Of a stretch of DNA of 64,000 nt, positions 19,997 to 29,870 are shown in pieces. Numbering within the stretch: the first letter of the stretch is position 1; every line of letters starts with the position of its first letter. The position numbers and the translations under genes are program-made. The notes under the pieces are model-generated. The model ran no database searches. It was given only the letters and a program-made list of their open reading frames with translations, and had not been told where the DNA came from. The stretch comes from an uncultured Chloroflexia bacterium (lineage in GTDB: Bacteria; Chloroflexota; Chloroflexia; Thermomicrobiales; UBA6265): the NCBI GenBank assembly GCA_963724295.1, contig CAVRUC010000004.1, positions 64,001 through 128,000 on the forward strand, read 5' to 3'.

Positions 19997-21703
19997 TCAG
20001 GCCGGGGCACGACCCCAGGACGAGGTACTACCTCCCCGCCGCTGACCTTGCGGCGGGGGTGCGCATTGGACCGCCGCACCCGCCGATGCCGGGGGTACTC
20101 GCAGTCGTGACGCCTGCTCGTAGGCATAGGCAATCCCGATCAGGTCGGCGTCAGCACGGGGCCGCCCGATGAAGGTCACCGAGAAGGGAGCGCCACCAGG
20201 GTAGAGTCCGGCCGGAACCGCGATCGCGGGGAACCCGGCGAATGGATAGATCAGCGATTGCAGCGTGTCGATTCCGGCCAGGACATCGAGGTCGTCAGCC
20301 TCGAGGAGACCTGTCAGGTAGTCTCGGGCCTGCTGCCGGTTGGCGCGGGAGATCTGGCGCGCCTCTTGCTCGCCGAGCGGACTCCAGAGGCAGTCGCGGA
20401 GGCGATCCTGACCCCATGGCGCGTACCGGCCAGGGTTCTCATCGTTGAAGGCGATTACGTCCGCCAGCGTGCGCACCGGCGCCTCAGTCGCTGCCAGGTA
20501 GGCGTTGACCCCCTCCCGCAGCCCCCAGTTGAACTCCGGCACGAAACCGGGACCCTCGAAATCGAATGGCGCCGGCCGGATCACGACGACCTTGGCTCCA
20601 GCGGCTTCCATCGCTCGTACCGCGTCCGTGAAGCCCGAGTTGGCGATGATCCAATCGTCGTCGGCCGGACCCGTCAATTCGATCCCGATGAGTCCGATCC
20701 GCTTGCCGCGCAAGGCATCCCGATCGAGCGCGGCCATGAAATCCGTCCCGTGCACCCCTTCGGCGCGGTCGGAATGGCGATCCCGAATATCGCGCGTATG
20801 GGTCATCGCGGTCAGTGTCGCGGCCACATCGGTCACCGTCCGTCCGATCGGCCCGGCGGTGTCGCATTCATCGCTGATAGGAACGACCCGGTCGCGGCTC
20901 ACCAGTCCTAGCGACGGCCGCATGCCGACGACCGATGCCCTGGCCGAGGGCGCCACGATTGAGCCGGCGGTCTCCGTGCCGACGGTGATCGCCGCCAGAT
21001 TCATGGTGACCGCTACCGCCGACCCGGTCGACGAGCCGAACGGATCGATCCCCGCTCCAAAGGGGCTCACCACCTGGCCGCCCAGCGCGCTGAACCCACT
21101 CGGCGCGACGTACGACATCCAGTACGCCCATTCGGAGAGGTTGGTCTTGCCCAGGATGATAGCGCCCGCCTCGCGCAAACTGGCGACAAGATGGGCGTCG
21201 CGGTCGCTGCGGGCGCCGCTCAGGGCGGCGGCGCCTGCCGTTGTGTGCAGGCGATCTCCGGTGCCGATGTTGTCCTTGAGCAGGATCGGGACACCATGCA
21301 GCGCTCCCTTCACCTGGCCGGCTGAGCGCTCGGAATCCAGGCGGGCGGCAATCTCGAGCGCCTCCGGGTTCAGCTCGATGACCGACCGCAACTGAATTGC
21401 GTCGAGTCGCCGGATGCGATCGACGTAGTACGCCACCAACTCGGATGCGCTGTAGCGACCCGCGGCGAAGTCTGCCTGGAGCTGAGGCGCGGTCGCTTCG
21501 AGGACGAAGCCATCGAGGCGGCAGCGCTTCTCGGGCGTCAGCCCGGACAGCGCCTCGGCGAAGGGTCGGAAATCGAGCGGGCGATGTGGAGGCAGAGAGA
21601 CCGCCGGCGCCGCCCGCACGCCGGTGGCTCGCCGGGTCGCGCCGCACGCCACAAGCGCGCCCAGCGCGCCCTTGATGATTGTCCGACGGTTGTACCCGCC
21701 CAC
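19997..21703 (-). CDS. Amidase-signature family enzyme with Tat-like signal
   Basis: NRRTIIKG; LLKDN, GKTNLSEWA, GSSTGS, GTETAGSI catalytic motifs. Confidence 0.92.
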   Translation of the reverse strand: MGGYNRRTIIKGALGALVACGATRRATGVRAAPAVSLPPHRPLDFRPFAEALSGLTPEKRCRLDGFVLEATAPQLQADFAAGRYSASELVAYYVDRIRRLDAIQLRSVIELNPEALEIAARLDSERSAGQVKGALHGVPILLKDNIGTGDRLHTTAGAAALSGARSDRDAHLVASLREAGAIILGKTNLSEWAYWMSYVAPSGFSALGGQVVSPFGAGIDPFGSSTGSAVAVTMNLAAITVGTETAGSIVAPSARASVVGMRPSLGLVSRDRVVPISDECDTAGPIGRTVTDVAATLTAMTHTRDIRDRHSDRAEGVHGTDFMAALDRDALRGKRIGLIGIELTGPADDDWIIANSGFTDAVRAMEAAGAKVVVIRPAPFDFEGPGFVPEFNWGLREGVNAYLAATEAPVRTLADVIAFNDENPGRYAPWGQDRLRDCLWSPLGEQEARQISRANRQQARDYLTGLLEADDLDVLAGIDTLQSLIYPFAGFPAIAVPAGLYPGGAPFSVTFIGRPRADADLIGIAYAYEQASRLRVPPASAGAAVQCAPPPQGQRRGGSTSSWGRAPA

Positions 21704-22136
21704 AGCTTGCCCTTCCCCCCTGGCGGCTCAGGGATGCGAGCGCCGATCCCCTCCGCCAGTGCCCATTCTAGAGGCATCCTCCCGTGCCGCAAGGTTCATT
21801 CGCGAACCGTGCCTATGCCAGTCCGGAGAATGAGGACTCGTAGGGTCTCGTCCGAGAGATGCGCTTGCCGTTGGATGAAGCGCGATCCTTCGCTCCGCCC
21901 AGGAGGGGCTGGCATTGACATGAGCGCGCTAGGCGATCGGGCCCAACCACCGCCAATCGCTCCAGGATGCCCTGCTTGCCTGAGCCGCGCTTCCGAGGCT
22001 GACTGAAACCATGTGTCAAGCCTGTCGTAGCGAGGCGCCAATCGACGTGATGCTATCCTCTGGCGAAGACGCGCCTTAGGCATAGCACCGATCGCCGACC
22101 CGCGGGACCTCGATCGCCGGTCGGAGGAGAACAGGG

Positions 22137-22865
22137 TTGACGCCACTCCTCGATGCCGTCGCCCTCGAGAAGATCCCTTTGTTCCGCGGACTGACTCCGA
22201 CCGAGCAACGGCAGCTTCTCGATCTCCTGGGCGTAAGAAGCTTCGCCGCGGGCGTCGACATCCTCAGGGCAGAGCAACCAGGAGACGTCGCTTACATCGT
22301 CCTCGATGGCACAGTCAAAGTTCAGGTTGACCGTCCGGATGGAATCTCAGTCATCCTCGCCATATTGCGCGCAGGCGAGGTTGCGGGGGAGATGAGCCTC
22401 ATCGACCATCTTGGCCGCTCTGCCACGGTCGTGGCGATGGAACAAACCACCGTCGCCTGGCTAACGCACACCGACTTCTGGAACTGCCTGCGGTCCATGC
22501 CGACGATGACATTCAACCTCGGCGGCATTCTTTCCAGGCGGCTGCGCCTCTCGAATGCGCACGTCATAGCCCTCGCGACGCTGGATATCGAACGCCGACT
22601 CGCCGATCAACTCCTCACGCTGGTCGAGGAGTACGGCGACGCAACAGCAGACGGTGGTTGCCGGATCCCTTTTCGGTTGACCCAGGGTGATCTGGCGGCG
22701 TTGGTTGGGGCTTCACGGGTGCGCGTCAATCAGATCCTGGTCAACTGGAAGCACAACGGCTACCTGGCTGTCGACGGACGGCATGTCGTCACCCTCCTCA
22801 ATCGACGCGCATTGGCAGAGATGGTGCCCGGCCTACGCACCGAACTGCCCCGGCGCGAGGTGTAA
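22137..22865 (+). CDS. Crp/Fnr-family transcriptional regulator
   Basis: cNMP domain (GEMSLID...RSATV) and HTH LTQGDLAALVGASRVRVNQIL. Confidence 0.93.
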   Translation: MTPLLDAVALEKIPLFRGLTPTEQRQLLDLLGVRSFAAGVDILRAEQPGDVAYIVLDGTVKVQVDRPDGISVILAILRAGEVAGEMSLIDHLGRSATVVAMEQTTVAWLTHTDFWNCLRSMPTMTFNLGGILSRRLRLSNAHVIALATLDIERRLADQLLTLVEEYGDATADGGCRIPFRLTQGDLAALVGASRVRVNQILVNWKHNGYLAVDGRHVVTLLNRRALAEMVPGLRTELPRREV

Positions 22866-22989
22866 AGCACTTAGCTGCGCCGTCGATCGTACTGACATAC
22901 GATGCCACCACCGGGGTGAACCTCGGGGACTAACTTCGTCGAGCACCCGCGCTCGGCAGATCGCATCATCACCCGTCTCAGGAGTTGGC

Positions 22990-25900
22990 ATGATCAGGCA
23001 GCGCGCTCTCGCGTGGGCGGCCGTACTGGCATTGGTTGCAACCGTCCAGATCGCACCCCTACCCCCTCAATACACCGTCTCCGGCGCCGCGCTTGCCCAG
23101 AATGAATCAGCCAGTGAGACCAGTGATGCTGACCAGCCGGCTGATCTGGCCATCGTTGCGTTGCACTGTGCCGAGGCGCCCGCGGCTGAGGCGCTGACGT
23201 CGTACTTCGCCAATGCGACGCTCCCAACGAGATGCGCGCCCGCCGTGGGTGTGGCCATCGCTGTCACGGAGAATGGGGATCCCGTTCCCGGCAGCCCTTT
23301 CACGACCGACGTCGCCGGTACCCTCACGCTCCCTGTCGCCCTGGGTTCTGCGGTCACTGTTGCAGAAGACCCCAAGTCGCTACCGGCTGGATATGAGCCT
23401 CTTGCGCTAGAGGCCAACGGCGTCCCTTATGCGAACCCGGTCCAACTCGACCCGGCCGTGGCGGGAGCGGCCGTGCTCTTCGTCAACGTGCCACGCACCG
23501 TCATCAAGGAACTGGACCAGGGCACGTCTACCGACGCGGGTGAGCCGACGGATCTGACGGTGGTGGCGCTGCAGTGCGCCGATGCACCCACGACGAAGGC
23601 GCTCACGTCGTTCTTCAGCAATGGAACACCGCCGAGCGGATGCGCGCCGGCGGCAGGATTGACCGTCGCCGTCACGGAGAACGACAAACCGCTCTCCGGC
23701 AGCCCGTTCCGGACCGACACAGCCGGTACCCTGGCGGTCCGCATCGGCCTGGGCTCCAAGGTTACGGTCAAGGAAGACCCGAACTCACTGCCGTCCGGAT
23801 ATGAACCGCTCACCCAGGAGGCCAACGGGGTTCCCTACGCCAACCCGGTGCAGCTCGACTCGGCGGTGGACGGCGCCGCCGTGCTCTTCGTCAACGTGCC
23901 GAGCTCCGTCGCCGCGCAGATTCAGCGCACATCGGTGGCGGAGGCCGATGAACCCGTCGACCTGGCCGATGGAGTCACGTCCAACCTCAATGCCTCGGCG
24001 CTGGCGTCCACCGACACGCCGGAGTGGGCAGGATGTGATCCGGCCTACCCCGACCGGCGAACCTGCATCCCGCCCGGCCGGCCGCTCGCCGCGCCCTGTT
24101 CGATCACCGACGAGCGCAACTTCACCGTGCTCCCCCCGGATCCGAGGGGGCTGGACCATGACGGTGACGGTATTGGCTGCGAGCCCGTCGGAGGGACCGT
24201 CAATAACGGCGCCGGCTTCAATGCCTACGCCCGCGGCTATGCTCCCTTCTCCGCTCCTGCAAGCGCAAGCAACGACGCGAGTGCCTTTGCGGCTAGCGCC
24301 GTCCGCGGCAGTGATGGCGCCTGGGGCTTGACTCGCGAGGGTGCCGTTCCCACGGACCGGCGCGTGCATTCCGATCTTACCCGCGCGGGTCTCTGGTTCT
24401 GGCGTCCCGACCGCATCGATGACGGCTTCAGGTTCGCGCACCTCGACCACTCCCGAGCCGGGCTCTGGTTCGTGCCTCGCGGTCGTATCGGCACCGGCAA
24501 CGTCGCGGTCGCCAGCAACCCCGTCGTCATCGGCAACGGCGCCTGGTTGTGGCCCAATAGCGTCTTCCTCGGCAACCTCACCGTCGCTCGCTCCGGCTCC
24601 GGAAACCTCGCCGTCGCGAATAACCCCGTCGTCATCGGCCAAGGTATCTGGACCTGGCCCCGTCGCATCAACAATGACGACTGGTTCTGGAGTGCACGCA
24701 ACCGCGCCGACGATCGGCACTGGCCCGACAGCGTCGCCAAGGGCGTCTGGATCTGGCCCGGCAATGGAGCCCGGGCTGGTAACGGCGGCATCGCTCTCTG
24801 CAACGCCAATGGGGGCATCATCCAGCTTGGCGACGTCAACAGCGGAGGAAACCGCGGCAACATGATCGCCGTCGGCAACACCTATGGCTCGGTCAAGATC
24901 GACGGCGGGACCATCAACAATCGCACCAGCGTCGACCTCGACGCCAACGGCGGGTATTGTCGCGCCGACGCCAGCGGCGGTAGCGACAACGTCGCCATTG
25001 CGAGCAATCCCATCGTCATTGGCCGTGGCGTCTCGACCTGGCCTGGCCGCACCCATCTCGGCAACGATGATTGGCGCTGGCCCAATCACATCGGCGATGA
25101 CCTCTGGTTCTGGCCAAACCGCATCAGCGTCGGCAATCTCACCGTCGCCCGCTCGGGCAACGGCAACGTGGCCATTGCCAGCAATCCCATCTTCATCGGC
25201 AGAGGGCTCTGGAGATGGCCTGGCCACACCGGTGATGATGACTGGTTCGGACATGACCGCCTCGACAATGGCGTCTGGAACTGGCCGGGTCGCATCGCCG
25301 TTGGTAATCTCGCTGTCGCCCGCTCAGGCTCCGGCAATCTCGCCGTCGTCAGCAACCGCGTTGTCATCAGCAACGGCCTCTGGACGTGGCCGAACCGGCC
25401 CGGCAACGACGAGTGGCGCGGGCGAAACCGCTTCGGCCACCGCATCTGGGGCTGGCCCAACACCATCAGCGTCGGCAACCTCTCCATCGCTGGCTCCGGG
25501 AATGGCAACGTCGCCATCGCTAGCAACCCTGTCTTCATTAGCAGCGGCGTCTGGCACTGGCCCGGTCACATCGGCAACGGATCCTGGCTCTGGCCGAACC
25601 GCAACAACGGCGGTTGGCGCTGGCCGAATCACTTCGGCAAAGGCGTCTGGGGCTGGCCCGGCACCATCAGCGTCGGTAACCTCACGATTGCTCGCTCTGG
25701 CAGTGGCAACGTCGCCATCGTCAGCAACCCCATCGTCATCGTCAATGGCGCCTGGTTCGTGCCCCACGACCGCAACCATGACGATGACTGGCTCATGCGC
25801 GACGACCGCGACCGCGCCGAGACATCTGGTGTCGAGTCGCTCACGATCAACGGCGGTCTCGTCGTCAAGTCGTCGCCCGCTTCCTCCGGGCAGCCACCCG

Positions 25901-26859
25901 CTGACTCGGCCCAGCTAACCGGCGACGGCGACCTCGCGCAGCCGAGCGATGGCAAGATCGAAACGCTGACGATCAACGATGGGCTCGCCGTCGAACCGTC
26001 GGGTGACGGCAGCGCGGAACCACCCGGCGGCAGCGCGGAACCACCCGGCACCAGCAGCGTCAATCCGCCCAGCGACAGCACTGCCGCGCCGCCGAGTGAC
26101 GCCAGCATGGCACCGCCGGCCGACGCCGCAGGCCAGCCGCCCGACGCCGGTGCGCCGGATGCCGGCTATGTCGACCCGGGCGTCGAAGCCAGCAATCCCG
26201 CCGCAGATCCCGGTGTCGACCCCGGTTACGTCGCGACCGATCCCAATTACGTCGATCCCGCCCTTGATCCTGGCGTCGTCGCGCCTGATCCCGCTATCGA
26301 TCCCGGATACGTTGCGCCCGAACAGACCTATGTCGCCCCAGATGCTGGCTCCAGTCCTCCCGAGTCGAGCTACGTCGACCCCGGCTACGCCGAGCCAAGC
26401 GTGGAACCCAGCTACGTCGAGCCAAGCTACGTCGATCCCGGCCCCGCCGCGGCCGATGCAGGCAACTGGGCGCCAGATCCCGGCTACGTTGCACCGGAGC
26501 CAAACTACACCCAACCGGAACCGGTGTTCACCCAGGACCCGACCTACGTCGATCCCGGCAACGTCGCGCCGGACCCGGGCATTGACCTCAGTAATGCCGC
26601 GCCCGATCCCGGCGACTTCGCCGATCCTGGCATCGGCCCCGGCAACGTCGATCCCGGTAACGTCGCGGCGAATTCCAACGCTGTCGCGCCCGATTTCAGC
26701 GCCGGTCCGGGTAACGGCGCACCCGATCCCAGCTTCGATGCCGGAGCTGGTCCCGGTAACGTCGATCTCGGCGGCGACATTGGCGGCGATTCGGGCAACG
26801 TCGCGCCTAATCCCGACGCTGGTCACGGTGATCGAGATCGAGGAGGCGATAACGACTGA
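22990..26859 (+). CDS. Large secreted multi-repeat protein (~1290 aa)
   Basis: Signal peptide; two ~130-aa duplicated domains; excalibur-like CDPAYP...LDHDGDGIGCE; WxWP/GNxAxxSNP repeats; acidic DPG-repeat tail. Confidence 0.88.
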   Translation: MIRQRALAWAAVLALVATVQIAPLPPQYTVSGAALAQNESASETSDADQPADLAIVALHCAEAPAAEALTSYFANATLPTRCAPAVGVAIAVTENGDPVPGSPFTTDVAGTLTLPVALGSAVTVAEDPKSLPAGYEPLALEANGVPYANPVQLDPAVAGAAVLFVNVPRTVIKELDQGTSTDAGEPTDLTVVALQCADAPTTKALTSFFSNGTPPSGCAPAAGLTVAVTENDKPLSGSPFRTDTAGTLAVRIGLGSKVTVKEDPNSLPSGYEPLTQEANGVPYANPVQLDSAVDGAAVLFVNVPSSVAAQIQRTSVAEADEPVDLADGVTSNLNASALASTDTPEWAGCDPAYPDRRTCIPPGRPLAAPCSITDERNFTVLPPDPRGLDHDGDGIGCEPVGGTVNNGAGFNAYARGYAPFSAPASASNDASAFAASAVRGSDGAWGLTREGAVPTDRRVHSDLTRAGLWFWRPDRIDDGFRFAHLDHSRAGLWFVPRGRIGTGNVAVASNPVVIGNGAWLWPNSVFLGNLTVARSGSGNLAVANNPVVIGQGIWTWPRRINNDDWFWSARNRADDRHWPDSVAKGVWIWPGNGARAGNGGIALCNANGGIIQLGDVNSGGNRGNMIAVGNTYGSVKIDGGTINNRTSVDLDANGGYCRADASGGSDNVAIASNPIVIGRGVSTWPGRTHLGNDDWRWPNHIGDDLWFWPNRISVGNLTVARSGNGNVAIASNPIFIGRGLWRWPGHTGDDDWFGHDRLDNGVWNWPGRIAVGNLAVARSGSGNLAVVSNRVVISNGLWTWPNRPGNDEWRGRNRFGHRIWGWPNTISVGNLSIAGSGNGNVAIASNPVFISSGVWHWPGHIGNGSWLWPNRNNGGWRWPNHFGKGVWGWPGTISVGNLTIARSGSGNVAIVSNPIVIVNGAWFVPHDRNHDDDWLMRDDRDRAETSGVESLTINGGLVVKSSPASSGQPPADSAQLTGDGDLAQPSDGKIETLTINDGLAVEPSGDGSAEPPGGSAEPPGTSSVNPPSDSTAAPPSDASMAPPADAAGQPPDAGAPDAGYVDPGVEASNPAADPGVDPGYVATDPNYVDPALDPGVVAPDPAIDPGYVAPEQTYVAPDAGSSPPESSYVDPGYAEPSVEPSYVEPSYVDPGPAAADAGNWAPDPGYVAPEPNYTQPEPVFTQDPTYVDPGNVAPDPGIDLSNAAPDPGDFADPGIGPGNVDPGNVAANSNAVAPDFSAGPGNGAPDPSFDAGAGPGNVDLGGDIGGDSGNVAPNPDAGHGDRDRGGDND

Positions 26860-27017
26860 ATGACTGGGTTGATGGGCTTGAGTCTGCTGCGGGGTAAGTT
26901 GATGCTCGCAGTAGCGCTGTTCTCGTCCGCCGAATTCACCGAGCTGCGGCGTCGCCCGTGATGCGGCCAGCGGGGCAGAGGGCATTCGACCGCGACTCTG
27001 CGGGTTCATCCCGGATC

Positions 27018-27236
27018 GAACACGGTCTTATGTTCTGTGATGCCTTAGGTGAACCGCTTCCACTCCGGGCGGCACACGGCAGCAACGATCCCGCTCACGG
27101 AGGGAGCGCACGTCAGGCAGGTAGTAGCGACGCTCGGCCAGTCCACCTCGTGCCGACGCTCGATACCTGTGCGCATGTGATCCCCGCGATGCATAGCGAT
27201 ACCGCGGCCGCAATGGATGCGGTTTTCACCCTCTAG
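27018..27236 (+). pseudogene. Degenerate tyrosine integrase C-terminal fragment
   Basis: Manual translation over two frames: EHGLMFCDALGEPL / FHSGRHTAATIPLTEGAHVRQVVATLGQS / TLDTCAHVIPAMHSDTAAAMDAVF, matching box II HxLRH...LGH...Y. Confidence 0.8.
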
Positions 27237-27271
27237 CGGCATTTGCGGGAACGATTCAGCACGACATCGAC

Positions 27272-28003
27272 TCAGCGGGCATAGACCGAGACATGGCGGG
27301 GGCTGGTGGCCGTGAACGGTTCCCGGTTCCATCCAGCCCATCGGTCCTTGAGGCGTAGTCCAGCGATGCGCGCCATCAGATCGAGCTCGCTCGGCCAGGC
27401 GTAGCGCGTCACGATCGGATACAGGCGCACGCCGTCGCGGGACAACACCACGTGGCTCTCGTCGAGCAACTGGCGCACGGGATCGTGCCGCCCCACGTCG
27501 AGGCGCACCTCATCGACGTCGATCGCCTCGGCGTCGACGTATTGCTCGTCTCGCAAGCGGTTGAGATAGGTCGGCACGAACGCCTCGACGACAAACGCGC
27601 CATCGTCGGTGAGATGGGCGGCTACGTTCTCGAAACATCGCACCTGGTCATCTTGGGTCAGAAGGTTGAACAGCGTGTTGAACACGATGTAGATCAGGCG
27701 GTAGCGGTCCGGGACCGCCACGTCGGCGAAGTCACCGATAGTGACCGGAATCTGGTCGCCGCCCGGCTTGGCGCGGAGTCTGGCGACCATCGCGGGTGAG
27801 AGATCGATGCCGGCGAGACGGACGCCCCGTGCCGCGAGGGGCAGCCCGATCCGCCCGGTACCGATCGCCAGCTCCAGAGCGGGGCCGCCCTGCGCGAGGC
27901 GCTCCAGGAACGCCACCGTCTCGGCTTCATCCCCGCGGGGAGTCTGGTCGTAGATCTCGGCGGTGTCCTCCCCAAAACTCAGGGTGGGCTCGTAATCCTT
28001 CAT
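27272..28003 (-). CDS. Class I SAM-dependent methyltransferase
   Basis: ALELAIGTGRIG, GIDLS, GDF, VFNTLFNL. Confidence 0.93.
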   Translation of the reverse strand: MKDYEPTLSFGEDTAEIYDQTPRGDEAETVAFLERLAQGGPALELAIGTGRIGLPLAARGVRLAGIDLSPAMVARLRAKPGGDQIPVTIGDFADVAVPDRYRLIYIVFNTLFNLLTQDDQVRCFENVAAHLTDDGAFVVEAFVPTYLNRLRDEQYVDAEAIDVDEVRLDVGRHDPVRQLLDESHVVLSRDGVRLYPIVTRYAWPSELDLMARIAGLRLKDRWAGWNREPFTATSPRHVSVYAR

Positions 28004-28168
28004 CGTCGGTTCGCTTCCCCCTCCGTTGCCAGACGCCGCCATGGCGATGGATGCGGTATTCCGCGCAGCCTCTGACACTGTGCAGTCGGTTTTGTTGGCA
28101 ATACCAACAACGTGCCGGGTCGCGTTTGCACCCGGCACTCCTTGTCCGCATCGATATCCGGTTCTTCG

Positions 28169-28255
28169 TGGCGGAGAGGGTGGGATTCGAACCCACGGAG
28201 CTCATCGCTCGGCTGTTTTCAAGACAGCTGCCTTCAACCGCTCGGCCACCTCTCC
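28169..28255 (-). tRNA. tRNA-Ser(TGA)
   Basis: Loop CTTGAAA, long variable arm, encoded CCA; extended -10 TGgTAAAAT at 28304-28312. Confidence 0.97.
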
Positions 28256-28459
28256 ATCGTTGACCGCCATGACCCAGGATTCTGGATCGCTGGGGAACAC
28301 ACAATTTTACCACCAGGGTGTCATGGCATCGTGTCAGTCCGACGCACCGCAAGTTGCGGGAGAAGCTCGTCGTCGCGGCACGAATAAAAGGCAAACGACG
28401 AGATCCCTCGTGCCTCGGGATGACACCGCTGGGGAATGAGACTGGTAGGGGATGACCCC

Positions 28460-29764
28460 TTACCCTGCCGGGCAGGCTGGACCGATCGGCGGTTGGGGGC
28501 CGATGACCGCTTGACCGCCCAGATATGGCCGCAGCACCATCGGTACCTCGATCGTGCCGTCTGGCCGCTGGTACTGCTCCATGATGGCGATCATCGTCCG
28601 CGGCAGGGCCAGTCCCGAACCATTCAGGGTATGCACGAAGCGCGGTCTGCCGCCCTCAGCCGGCCGGAAGCGGATGTTGGCCCGCCGCGCCTGGAAATCT
28701 TCGAAGCGCCCGCACGACGAGACTTCTAACCACTCCTCCGATCCCGGCGCCCAGGTTTCCAGGTCGATCTTGTCGGCGGCGGCAAAGCCCAGGTCGCCCG
28801 TGCTGAGCTGCACCTCGCGGTAGGGTAGATCGAGCGCGCGCAAGGTGTCCGCGGCTTCCTCAATCAGCCGCCGGTGCTCCTCGGCCGAGCGATCGGGATG
28901 GACGAACTTGACCATCTCCACTTTGTCGAACTGGTAGCCGCGCTTGATGCCGCGCACATCCCGCCCGGCTGAGATCTGCTCCCGCCGGAAGCAGGGCGTG
29001 TAGGCGACGTGGTAGATCGGCAGCAGCGCCTCGTCGAGGATCTCGTCCCGGTAGAGGTTCGTCACCGGAACCTCGGCGGTCGGAATCAGCCATTTGTCCT
29101 CTTCCGCGTCCCGGTAGAGGTTCTGAGAGAACTTCGGCAGGTTCCCGGTGCCGATCAGCGTCTCCTCCAGGACGAGAAATGGCGGATAGACCTCCTGGTA
29201 GCCGTGCTGCCGGGTGTGCAGATCGAGCATCCAGGTGATCAGCGCTCGTTGCAGCCGGGCGCCATCTCCGCGCAGAACGTAGAACCGGGACCCGGCGACT
29301 TTCACCCCCCGCTCGAAATCAATGAGGCCCAGTGACTCGGCCAGCTCCCAATGCGGCTGCGGGGTGAAGTCGAATGCGCGCTTCGTCCCGTACTCGGCGA
29401 CCACGACGTTGCCGCTCTCGTCAGGAGCGACCGGGACGTGCTCCAGGGGAATGTTGGGCACCTCGAGCAACAAGCGATAGAGCTTGGCGTCGACCGCCTT
29501 CACCTCTTCGTCGAGTCCGGCGATGCGGTCGCCCAGCTCGCGCATGCGGAGGATCAGCGGCTCCCGCTGCGCGGCGTCCCTGGTGCGACCGACTTCCTTC
29601 GAGCCCTGGTTGAGCTCGGCTTTGAGTGATTCGACGTCAGTCAGCAGCGCGCGGCGGCGCTCGTCCAGCGTCACGATCTCATCGAGCGGCGCTTCGGTGT
29701 ACGTGGTAGCGATCGCGGCCTTGACGCGCTCCGGGTCCTCACGTATGAGTCGCAGGTCGAGCAT
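28460..29764 (-). CDS. serS: Seryl-tRNA synthetase
   Basis: MLDLRLIRE, LIPTAEVP, FRRE, QFDKVEMV, EVSSC, HTLNGSGLA. Confidence 0.98.
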   Translation of the reverse strand: MLDLRLIREDPERVKAAIATTYTEAPLDEIVTLDERRRALLTDVESLKAELNQGSKEVGRTRDAAQREPLILRMRELGDRIAGLDEEVKAVDAKLYRLLLEVPNIPLEHVPVAPDESGNVVVAEYGTKRAFDFTPQPHWELAESLGLIDFERGVKVAGSRFYVLRGDGARLQRALITWMLDLHTRQHGYQEVYPPFLVLEETLIGTGNLPKFSQNLYRDAEEDKWLIPTAEVPVTNLYRDEILDEALLPIYHVAYTPCFRREQISAGRDVRGIKRGYQFDKVEMVKFVHPDRSAEEHRRLIEEAADTLRALDLPYREVQLSTGDLGFAAADKIDLETWAPGSEEWLEVSSCGRFEDFQARRANIRFRPAEGGRPRFVHTLNGSGLALPRTMIAIMEQYQRPDGTIEVPMVLRPYLGGQAVIGPQPPIGPACPAG

Positions 29765-29808
29765 TTCGGCTCCCTCTCGTTCTCGCCAGGGTCATGCGTC
29801 CTGGGCAC

Positions 29809-29837
29809 AAAAGAGCGCCCCGCTGAAGCGGGGCGCT
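29809..29837 (-). terminator. Rho-independent terminator after the HNH gene
   Basis: AGCGCCCCGC-TTCA-GCGGGGCGCT-CTTTT. Confidence 0.75.
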
Positions 29838-29870
29838 GCATCGGCATTCCGTTTCGGCGGAGAACCGAGG

